From a phage, in assembly GCA_026209155.1 (NCBI GenBank), contig GCA_026209155.1_3056.1: a stretch of 64,000 nt of DNA; one strand, given 5' to 3'. Positions 49,183 through 56,672 of this stretch are shown piece by piece (position 1 is the stretch's first letter; each line of letters begins with the position of its first letter). A program made the position numbers and the translations under genes. Below the pieces are notes generated by a model that was not told the DNA's origin, searched no databases, and saw nothing but the letters and a program-made list of their open reading frames with translations.

Positions 49183-49347
49183 TTACTCTTCTTTTTCTTT
49201 AGATTCCTCTTTTTTCTTTTTAGGAATCTGTTCAGGGCCTTTATTTACTACAGCACCTGATGTTGTTCCAGTGGAGATATTTTCAGGATTACCACCTGAA
49301 TCTCCAGCGACCATATCTTCTTTGATAAATTCTTTAAACGTTTTCAT
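49183..49347 (-). CDS. Hypothetical small Lys/Glu-rich protein (54 aa, 61.1-like), not in ORF track; coordinates +/-1
   Basis: Hand-translated MKTFKEFIKEDMVAGDSGGNPENISTGTTSGAVVNKGPEQIPKKKKEESKEKEE. Confidence 0.4.
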   Translation of the reverse strand: MKTFKEFIKEDMVAGDSGGNPENISTGTTSGAVVNKGPEQIPKKKKEESKEKEE

Positions 49348-49348
49348 A

Positions 49349-49975
49349 TTAACCTCTATTCATAAAAGCGTTAAAAATTTGGTCATCAATAGAAACATTT
49401 ACTTTAGACTGTTTTTCAGATGGCAATTCATATCCACATATTACAATTTTATGATCAATATCAAAATACACAGAAGCAATATGATTAATGATATTTTCAG
49501 TGAAGTCTAAATCGACATCAATATCTTTTTGACCAAAGCCAAAAGGATAAATAATGCGAGTAATTCGATTATCTTTAACAAAGATTCCACCGACATACTC
49601 TGTACTGCGTTTAAAGTCTACACGCCGACGAAATGAAAAATATTCAGGCTCTTTATGAGCTCGGCTCATAGGACACAACGAATAACTAGAATAAGAGATG
49701 TCAAATCCTACGCCTTCGATATGAGCCAAAGTGTCATGATTAAACCAATTATAATCGTACGCCAAATCCATTAGATTATAATATGTAAAAGGCACCGGAT
49801 TAACATCATTAGTCACAAGCATATAATTAGCAACTGCTATAATTTCATTGTTTTTAACGAATACAAACCGTGATTGATGCGAATGGCCTGAACCCGCGTT
49901 TTCACGATTAATGATATAACACTGGGCACCTTTATATTTGTATGTATCTTTGCACTTGTGCATTTGATAGAGCAT
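49349..49975 (-). CDS. Hypothetical protein (61.2-like)
   Basis: 208-aa ORF between 61.1 and sp. Confidence 0.55.
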   Translation of the reverse strand: MLYQMHKCKDTYKYKGAQCYIINRENAGSGHSHQSRFVFVKNNEIIAVANYMLVTNDVNPVPFTYYNLMDLAYDYNWFNHDTLAHIEGVGFDISYSSYSLCPMSRAHKEPEYFSFRRRVDFKRSTEYVGGIFVKDNRITRIIYPFGFGQKDIDVDLDFTENIINHIASVYFDIDHKIVICGYELPSEKQSKVNVSIDDQIFNAFMNRG

Positions 49976-50268
49976 TATTCACCTACCACTTCAGCGATGA
50001 TATTTTTGTTATTAAAGTTTTTATCGCAATACAGAACATAATTATACTGCATTACACCACCAGACTTAAGTTGTTTTTGCACTTCAGCTTTCATTTCAGG
50101 ACGATCGCGCTCAACGATATTCATAATATCCGCTTCAATTTGAGTTTCAACTTCAGTCTGATCCGCAGTCATAGACCATTCGCACAAATCTTTATCATAA
50201 CCTGCCATAGCAGGCTGAGCAGCACAAGAAGCTAAAGCAAAAATTGCGGCAAAGATAAATTTTTTCAT
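49975..50268 (-). CDS. sp: Spackle periplasmic protein (superinfection exclusion)
   Basis: 97 aa with N-terminal signal peptide MKKFIFAAIFALASCAAQPAMA; position matches T4 sp (61.3). Confidence 0.8.
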   Translation of the reverse strand: MKKFIFAAIFALASCAAQPAMAGYDKDLCEWSMTADQTEVETQIEADIMNIVERDRPEMKAEVQKQLKSGGVMQYNYVLYCDKNFNNKNIIAEVVGE

Positions 50269-50295
50269 GATAATCTCCTCAGTAGTTTATGTTTA

Positions 50296-50328
50296 TATAG
50301 TATCTCAATTTCCAACAAAAGTAAACAG
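50296..50328 (-). promoter_or_regulatory. T4-type early promoter upstream of sp
   Basis: Minus-strand GTTTAC-17 nt-TACTATATAA. Confidence 0.5.
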
Positions 50329-50628
50329 TTATTTTAAAACTTCTGCGTAATCACATGTTACAAACTGTTTCTCTAGCTTGACGATTTTACGAAAGTATCT
50401 TTTACATTGACGAATCTGTCGCTTAGTAGGGCGCACAGCAAACTTAATAAATTCCACTCGACCAAATGGAGGGCTTTCTTCTGATGGAATATCTAACACC
50501 AATTCCCACGTATCTGCAATAAGTGCTTTGAATTGAGTATTTTTCCTAACGTTATACGGAGTAGGTTTAAATAAAACAATATGCATATTATCCTCGGCAA
50601 TCCACTTCACATACTTTCTTGTCATCAA
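50329..50628 (-). CDS. Hypothetical protein (61.4-like)
   Basis: 99-aa basic ORF directly downstream of dmd. Confidence 0.5.
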   Translation of the reverse strand: MMTRKYVKWIAEDNMHIVLFKPTPYNVRKNTQFKALIADTWELVLDIPSEESPPFGRVEFIKFAVRPTKRQIRQCKRYFRKIVKLEKQFVTCDYAEVLK

Positions 50629-50770
50629 TGAAAGCTTTAACTAATGCTTTATTAACTTCAGCATACTGAGTAGTAGCCCATTGAACGTCATCTTTCATCA
50701 TTGTGGTTTCTTTAGTAAACATGCTTTCATTCTTAAACCACCCCATAAAAACTACCTTTACCAATTCCAT
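50588..50770 (-). CDS. dmd: Dmd antitoxin (blocks host RnlA/LsoA RNase toxins)
   Basis: 60 aa, same length as T4 Dmd; first gene after gene 41. Confidence 0.75.
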   Translation of the reverse strand: MELVKVVFMGWFKNESMFTKETTMMKDDVQWATTQYAEVNKALVKAFIDDKKVCEVDCRG

Positions 50771-50797
50771 AACAATCTCCTCATTTAACCAACAAGA

Positions 50798-50830
50798 CTA
50801 CTATACCATAGTCTCGTCAGCTTGTAAACT
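50798..50830 (-). promoter_or_regulatory. T4-type early promoter for dmd, abutting the gene 41 stop
   Basis: Minus-strand GTTTAC-18 nt-GTATAGTAG. Confidence 0.5.
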
Positions 50831-52256
50831 AAAATTTTAATTCATTCGCCAAAGCATCTAACTGAGCTCGAGTGGATTCATTTCTTTGATAGCGATTCTG
50901 CTCAGCCTGAATCTGTTGTGAACCTGCTACTTCGTTCACTTCAGTTGGAGTAGAATCTTGTTCAATTTCTACCCATTTCTGATTTCCCTTTTGAACACCC
51001 ATCAAAAACTTATTCCACTTATTCTTATCGCCATATCGTGATTTGATTTGCTTAATGAGTTGTTGTTCAGCAGCTGCTAGCTCCTCGGTTTCAATGACCG
51101 CAAGCATAAAATCAGCTGTTGCTGGAAGACCGGCAGATTCTGCGATATCACTCATGTTAACATCAGAAGAATCCCAAGCTTGTTTACCAACCTGTGCTGC
51201 AGTCCAAAGAACAGTTTCGGTTTCAACAGCCAGAGCACGCAATTCCTCTGCAATAGCTTTAACAGTTGTGTAACTATTTTCTGAATAAACTCTAATGCGG
51301 CAAGATTTACAAATACCTAGATAGTCGACAATAATGATTGTTGGAACAAAATTCTTCTTGAGCTTCAATTCGTTTAAAAGTGATCGAAATGTATTAGCAT
51401 CTGCTCCACCGGTAGGATACTGTTTAACGATTAAACGACCGAGAGTAGATTTCTCACGCCATTTTTCCATTTTTCCTTTATACTCAGCGTAAGAAATATG
51501 CCCATCATCAATGTCATCAAGAGAAACATCAAGCATATTAGCATCAATACGCTTAGCACAGACTTCTTCTGCCATTTCCATGGAAATGTAAAGAACGTTA
51601 TGACCAAGCTGCAAATAATCTGCTGCCAATGAACACAATCCTAATGACTTACCAACGTTAACGCCAGCCATTAAAACGTTCAGTGTTCCAGTCTCAGCTC
51701 CGCCTTTAGTAATTTTGTTTAGAATTCTGAGTTTAAATGGAACCTTACGAGCTTTATTCATATAAGATAGCCAACGTGCTTCGTAGTCATCCATCCAGTC
51801 ATGACCAACGTAGCTATCAAATGAAATTGATAATGCTTGCCGCATGATGTCAGGAATAGCACCAACATCCGGCATTTTCTTATTTCGTTTTTCCGGAGGA
51901 AGCTCAGCATTAGTTTGAATTTCGATTATTTTAGACGTAGCATTAAACATCGCCCTTTGCTGAACATATTTTTCTGTTTCTTTTACTAACCAGCTGTGGT
52001 CTTCCGGAGAATCAGCCAGTTTTGAAATAAGTGTTTTTACACCAGAATATTCTGTTTCAGTAAATGAACTATTTTCTAATGCAACATTTAACGCATTAAT
52101 AGATGGAACGCTATGATACTCATTAACATGAGATTTAATTAATTTGAATGTATTTTTAGCTGGACCACTTTCAAAATATTCTGAATCCATATATGGCCAA
52201 ACTTTTGAAAAATAAGCTTGATCAAATATGAGATGAGAAAGAATAATTTCTACCAC
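50829..52256 (-). CDS. 41: Replicative DNA helicase gp41 (DnaB-like)
   Basis: 475 aa as in T4 gp41; Walker A GVNVGKS. Confidence 0.93.
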   Translation of the reverse strand: MVEIILSHLIFDQAYFSKVWPYMDSEYFESGPAKNTFKLIKSHVNEYHSVPSINALNVALENSSFTETEYSGVKTLISKLADSPEDHSWLVKETEKYVQQRAMFNATSKIIEIQTNAELPPEKRNKKMPDVGAIPDIMRQALSISFDSYVGHDWMDDYEARWLSYMNKARKVPFKLRILNKITKGGAETGTLNVLMAGVNVGKSLGLCSLAADYLQLGHNVLYISMEMAEEVCAKRIDANMLDVSLDDIDDGHISYAEYKGKMEKWREKSTLGRLIVKQYPTGGADANTFRSLLNELKLKKNFVPTIIIVDYLGICKSCRIRVYSENSYTTVKAIAEELRALAVETETVLWTAAQVGKQAWDSSDVNMSDIAESAGLPATADFMLAVIETEELAAAEQQLIKQIKSRYGDKNKWNKFLMGVQKGNQKWVEIEQDSTPTEVNEVAGSQQIQAEQNRYQRNESTRAQLDALANELKF

Positions 52257-52265
52257 ACTTACTCC

Positions 52266-52634
52266 TTAAAAGAATTTAAATTTTTTCTTTGACCTTTTAT
52301 TAAATGCATCTTGTAGTTGCATTGTAATACATTTTTCTACATGAGGAGCTAACTCAGCTTTTCTTTCTTGGTCAAGAACAGCAAAGTCCATTACAACCTT
52401 TCCATCAACCCAATCCAGTTTAGTTACATACACTATATGTGTAGAACCATCTTCTAGTTTAATGACAATCTCCTGGATAACATTTTCCATAGCGGATTTA
52501 ATTATCTTAAGAGACTCATTAAAAAGACGTTCTTTTCTTTCTTCTTCCCCCTCCGAAGAGGGGGATTCATCGATAATTTCTAGATCTAAATCTAAATCTA
52601 AATCATCTTTATTCATTAAATTCTTCCATATCAC
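52266..52634 (-). CDS. 40: gp40-like protein (head assembly) with DLDLDLDLE acidic repeat
   Basis: 122-aa ORF between uvsX and 41. Confidence 0.6.
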   Translation of the reverse strand: MIWKNLMNKDDLDLDLDLEIIDESPSSEGEEERKERLFNESLKIIKSAMENVIQEIVIKLEDGSTHIVYVTKLDWVDGKVVMDFAVLDQERKAELAPHVEKCITMQLQDAFNKRSKKKFKFF

Positions 52635-53790
52635 TTAACTGTTCGAGGTCAGTTTCTAAATCAGCAGCTGATTTACTTTTACTTTCTGGAGATTTAAATT
52701 TTTCAACCTTTGAGTTAATCAATTCATCAACTTCAGCTTCAACAATTTCATTGCTATCAATAGCACCTAACTGATAAGCACGTTTAATAGCATCTCGGAA
52801 TGGTTGATGCTTAAATAAAGGACCCCAGAATGTAGTGCAGTTGGTATCTTTTGCACGCCAAGATTTTTCTTCGCGAATCATCTCACCGGTTTCTTCATCA
52901 AGAAATTCACGAGCATACCAACCGTTCTTAGGTTTTACCACGAATCCTAATTCTAGAGCCATATCTAACAATCCAGAATAAGGATCGATACCACCATCAA
53001 ATTTAACATCAATAAAGAATTTACTTTTTTCTTTAACGGTACGAGATTTTTCTACATTTAGAACAAATTGATACCCCTGAAGATCAGAACCATCTTTAAT
53101 CTGGCGTTTACCGATAATGAATACGGTATCAGCCGAATACATTACGCCTGTACCACCTGTCATCACGGTTTTACTAAACATTTCAATTGTTTCAATTGTA
53201 TGGTTAACCGCAACACATGGAATATTTTTAATGCTAAAATAAGGAGTAACAATACGGAATAATGACTTCAGTGATTTAGCACGAGTCATATCTGCCACAG
53301 ATTTTTCATTCAAGGCATCTTCCGTTTCTTTCTTAGAAGCCATATTACCAATTGAGTCGATGAATACAATAACTTTTTCACCACGCTCAATAGCTTCAAG
53401 CTGATTCACCATATCAATTTTCAGCTGTTCAACTGACTGGATTGGTGTATGAATTACACGTTCCGGATCAACTCCCATGGATCGCAAATAAGCTGGAGTA
53501 ATACCAAATTCGCTATCATAGAATAGACAAACCGCGTCAGGATATTTGTTCAAATACGCCGCAACCATAGTCAAAGACATATTTGATTTAAAGTGTTTAG
53601 AAGGCCCTGCGAAAATAGTTAAACCAGACTGCATTCCACCATCAATCGCACCAGAAATAGCGATATTGAGCATTGGGATTTTTGTACGGATTACATCCTT
53701 TTCATTAAAGAATTTAGATGTAGTCAGCTCAGCAGTCATTTTAGAAGTGGAAGCTTTAATCAAACGGGATTTTAAATCTGCAATAGACAT
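52609..53790 (-). CDS. uvsX: Recombinase UvsX (RecA-like)
   Basis: 393 aa; Walker A GPSKHFKS; RecA-fold. Confidence 0.92.
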   Translation of the reverse strand: MSIADLKSRLIKASTSKMTAELTTSKFFNEKDVIRTKIPMLNIAISGAIDGGMQSGLTIFAGPSKHFKSNMSLTMVAAYLNKYPDAVCLFYDSEFGITPAYLRSMGVDPERVIHTPIQSVEQLKIDMVNQLEAIERGEKVIVFIDSIGNMASKKETEDALNEKSVADMTRAKSLKSLFRIVTPYFSIKNIPCVAVNHTIETIEMFSKTVMTGGTGVMYSADTVFIIGKRQIKDGSDLQGYQFVLNVEKSRTVKEKSKFFIDVKFDGGIDPYSGLLDMALELGFVVKPKNGWYAREFLDEETGEMIREEKSWRAKDTNCTTFWGPLFKHQPFRDAIKRAYQLGAIDSNEIVEAEVDELINSKVEKFKSPESKSKSAADLETDLEQLSDMEEFNE

Positions 53791-53867
53791 TCATTTTTTC
53801 CATAGGCATCATTATATTTTCCTCACTGGTTAAAGATAGAGTAATTATAACACAATAAATTTAGGCA

Positions 53868-54716
53868 TTAATCAACTGCTATTGGATGAATAGCATTAAA
53901 CTTATGAAATGCTTCTGATTTTTCTTTACGAGAAATACACATGCGAAGAACCTTTAATGGCTCGTCTTCTTCACCCAACGATTTTCGTTTTTCAATATTA
54001 GAAGTTTTCCAACGAGCTTGCTCTGGAAACTCTCTATTGATTTGTTCAAGCGCTCTATTATGTTTAGAATTACTACGAATTGAACTGCACCCGCCGGGAG
54101 CGTGTGATTTTCCAGATACAACTAGATATTTGAACAAGGCCAAATGCGGATAACCTTGATTAATTAAATTGAGAAATGCGTACATATCTTCACATAAATC
54201 AATTTTTCCATACCCAATTTGTTCTGTCGTAAGTTTTCCGAGGTCATACCATGTATTCGTGAATCCATATGAGTTTTCACGATAATTACCCCAAGATGAA
54301 GTAATTTTAAAAATAGGTAGACGAGCATGGCCATGATAATACCCACAATCCATGGCATCCTCAACGTATTGAATTAATTCATAGAACTGTTCACGAGTTA
54401 ATTGATTAATTTTATCTACGCGCCGTTTATCGTCTCTCTTTCGTATTGAACTCATACGAATAGTAGTATCATCATCAATCATCCAGATTCGTTGACCTGC
54501 ATACATGTCAGTAATTGCTTTACGAGTACCGGCAATTCCGTTTACATCATCAGGAATAGTTATAATTTTAGCTCTAGACCCATAGGCATCATAATAAGCT
54601 TTTTCTTCGTGTTCACGCACTACAATATGTGGTTCATAATCAGTCGGAAACATATCAAGGGCAGAAACTGCCCCTACACGTTGATAGCTTGGAATTACGA
54701 ATTGAATCATTTCCAC
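53868..54716 (-). CDS. Putative DNA glycosyltransferase (DxD-type) at the beta-gt locus; likely beta-glucosyl-HMC alpha-glucosyltransferase
   Basis: 282 aa with IWMIDDDTTI DxD motif; does not resemble remembered T4 beta-glucosyltransferase; sits between uvsX and 42. Confidence 0.55.
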   Translation of the reverse strand: MEMIQFVIPSYQRVGAVSALDMFPTDYEPHIVVREHEEKAYYDAYGSRAKIITIPDDVNGIAGTRKAITDMYAGQRIWMIDDDTTIRMSSIRKRDDKRRVDKINQLTREQFYELIQYVEDAMDCGYYHGHARLPIFKITSSWGNYRENSYGFTNTWYDLGKLTTEQIGYGKIDLCEDMYAFLNLINQGYPHLALFKYLVVSGKSHAPGGCSSIRSNSKHNRALEQINREFPEQARWKTSNIEKRKSLGEEDEPLKVLRMCISRKEKSEAFHKFNAIHPIAVD

Positions 54717-55447
54717 TCACCGTTATAATCTTTTTTCACAATATGAGTTTCGCCAGTATTCCACCAATGATCAACCAAGTAAAAATGACGAGAATATACA
54801 TGAAGACTTCCAACATTCCATATAATAGAACCTGCTTTATACTGACGAGTTGAATCGCCTGCATTCAAATCAGATACTAATTTATCTAATACGTATTTTT
54901 GCCATGCATAATCATTACGGAATCCGAAGACCACGTCATTTGAGCGCATGCTTACTACTGCATTGACTTTCTTATCACGAATCAGGTACTGTACTGTATT
55001 AGTACACATGAAATCTGACATACCATCTTTATTGTAGTCAAATTGCATGGATGGACGAGTATAAATCATGATACCACGTCGAGAATCAGGATTTTGACCA
55101 AGTTCAGCTAAACACATATCATACTGAGCATAGTTATCTTCTGACCAGATAGCCCAACCGTAATTCGAGTTAATTTCACCTTTAGAAGATGCTACTTGTT
55201 GCCAAATCTTCGGTGTTTCACCCGGAATATCTTTAACGAACAAGCTCTTAGATTTATACCATTCAAGTTCACGCTGAATGTATTCATCATTAAGAGCGCC
55301 AAAAATAAACGGTTCATCTGCTACAAATGATGCGCCAATAATTTCAATAGTTTTAACACCAGTTTTATCAACTACGAAATCTTTTTCTTTTAATGCAAGC
55401 CCCAAATGAAGACGGATTTCTTCAACTGTCATAGAGTCACTAATCAT
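54707..55447 (-). CDS. 42: dCMP hydroxymethylase gp42
   Basis: 246 aa as in T4 gp42; TS-family fold. Confidence 0.92.
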   Translation of the reverse strand: MISDSMTVEEIRLHLGLALKEKDFVVDKTGVKTIEIIGASFVADEPFIFGALNDEYIQRELEWYKSKSLFVKDIPGETPKIWQQVASSKGEINSNYGWAIWSEDNYAQYDMCLAELGQNPDSRRGIMIYTRPSMQFDYNKDGMSDFMCTNTVQYLIRDKKVNAVVSMRSNDVVFGFRNDYAWQKYVLDKLVSDLNAGDSTRQYKAGSIIWNVGSLHVYSRHFYLVDHWWNTGETHIVKKDYNGEWK

Positions 55448-55454
55448 TTAAACC

Positions 55455-55604
55455 TCAATTGATACATTCATATTTAACTTGTAACAGTAATAAACTCCAA
55501 CCTAAAATAATAGTTGGAATCATAAGAGGAACCGTTACACTATAGTATATACTTATTATAACCATCAAGATTAAAAGCAACACTGCTATAATTTTGCTTT
55601 TCAT
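55455..55604 (-). CDS. Small hydrophobic membrane peptide (49 aa), not in ORF track
   Basis: ATG overlaps imm stop (ATGA); hand-translated MKSKIIAVLLLILMVIISIYYSVTVPLMIPTIILGWSLLLLQVKYECIN. Confidence 0.4.
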   Translation of the reverse strand: MKSKIIAVLLLILMVIISIYYSVTVPLMIPTIILGWSLLLLQVKYECIN

Positions 55605-55852
55605 TCTTTCTCTCTGATGATAATTACTTGATTTGGCTGTGCAGACTTTTTGGTTTCACCCGCAATTGACCAAATAAATGTAATAAACCAACCAATAATT
55701 GACCAGTTAAACAGTAAAGATGTGAAAAAGATTCCTACTGTCGATTTTGACCCACGCATCAAAGCAATAAACCATGGAAGCATGTATATAATAATAGCCA
55801 ACACGCCTGAAACTAAAACCATAAAAATTGAACCTGCTACTAAAGTTTCCAT
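55601..55852 (-). CDS. imm: Immunity protein Imm (superinfection exclusion, membrane)
   Basis: 83 aa as in T4 Imm; two TM segments. Confidence 0.88.
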   Translation of the reverse strand: METLVAGSIFMVLVSGVLAIIIYMLPWFIALMRGSKSTVGIFFTSLLFNWSIIGWFITFIWSIAGETKKSAQPNQVIIIREKE

Positions 55853-55859
55853 GTTTTCC

Positions 55860-56240
55860 TCACTTAGTCAAATTTTTTACGCATGAATTATAAGAATTCA
55901 CTACATACTCCATCGGAGCATTTTTACCGGTACGCCATTGGTAATTATTAGCCCAATTAGCCCAAATTTCGGCGCAGTAGTTTTCAATTTTTTCTTCGCG
56001 TGTAATTACATCAGAATTACGATATGCTTGAGCAGATTCATCTGGACGAATAGCTTCGTCAAAATTCGCCTGCATTTGTTCGACTGTTTGCTTTGGAGCT
56101 TCTTTATAACACTTGACATTAGGATTATAAAATTTGCTTGAACAGTTTACAATTTTTCCTACATCAGACTGATTTACTACCGGTCCTTGAGCTACACAAC
56201 CAGTAAGACCTAATGCAATAACCAAAATAGCGATTTTCAT
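55860..56240 (-). CDS. Putative lipoprotein (imm.1-like)
   Basis: 126 aa; signal peptide plus lipobox LTGC. Confidence 0.55.
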   Translation of the reverse strand: MKIAILVIALGLTGCVAQGPVVNQSDVGKIVNCSSKFYNPNVKCYKEAPKQTVEQMQANFDEAIRPDESAQAYRNSDVITREEKIENYCAEIWANWANNYQWRTGKNAPMEYVVNSYNSCVKNLTK

Positions 56241-56250
56241 AATAATTTCC

Positions 56251-56487
56251 TCAAATGCAAGTAGTAATTACTCCAGTAGTGCTTATGCAGGTATTACCCA
56301 TTTGCACACCTAAAGATCCATTTGTATTCACATGAAGATTATCATCAATTTTAACTGATATTTTACCATTAGTGTGAATAACAGTGCTAGATTCAATCAC
56401 AGGTTGAGTATCATTTTCAACACTAACAAATGGAACTGCTGTTAATGCAACTAAACAAACTGCTAAGCATCCCATAACAATTTTCAT
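56251..56487 (-). CDS. Small secreted protein (78 aa); track ORF 56251..56601 trimmed to the Met after the promoter
   Basis: MKIVMGCLAVCLVALTAVPFVSVEND signal-peptide-like N-terminus; upstream codons are promoter read-through. Confidence 0.5.
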   Translation of the reverse strand: MKIVMGCLAVCLVALTAVPFVSVENDTQPVIESSTVIHTNGKISVKIDDNLHVNTNGSLGVQMGNTCISTTGVITTCI

Positions 56488-56509
56488 TTTATTCTCCAAA
56501 TCTGTATCA

Positions 56510-56556
56510 GTAGTTGATAGTTGTATAGTACCATGGAAGAACAGTCTTGTAAACAG
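56510..56556 (-). promoter_or_regulatory. T4-type early promoter downstream of gene 43
   Basis: Minus-strand GTTTAC-17 nt-GTACTATAC with conserved leader. Confidence 0.5.
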
Positions 56557-56631
56557 TTTTGTGAAAAAATTTTTTAATGAATCCAAAAGGTCCAGAATCA
56601 TCTGTTTTTCACAAGTATAGATTTATATTAC

Positions 56632-56660
56632 TTGTATGAAAAAGGGACCCGGAGGTCCCT
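56632..56660 (-). terminator. Rho-independent terminator downstream of gene 43
   Basis: Minus-strand AGGGACC-UCCG-GGUCCCU followed by UUUUUC. Confidence 0.65.
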
Positions 56661-56672
56661 AGATTTATTCTA

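Noticed and set aside
49141-49352. Apparent 1-nt disagreement between my base-by-base reading and ORF-track coordinates (gene 61 start, 61.2 stop, ORF 49271)
   Set aside because: Most likely my own misreading of one character; I kept the track coordinates for listed ORFs and flagged hand-called coordinates as +/-1-2 nt.
52530-52610. DLDLDLDLE repeat in gp40 (GATCTAAATCTAAATCTAAATC DNA repeat) as a functional tandem repeat element
   Set aside because: Short in-frame coding repeat giving an acidic linker; no evidence of independent function.
56488-56601. N-terminal extensions of track ORFs 56251..56601, 30193..30498 and 29567..29815 with the recurring peptide TIQLSTDTDLENK / FTRLF
   Set aside because: The shared peptide is the translation of the conserved early-promoter DNA block, not a protein domain; the real starts are the internal Met codons downstream of the promoter.
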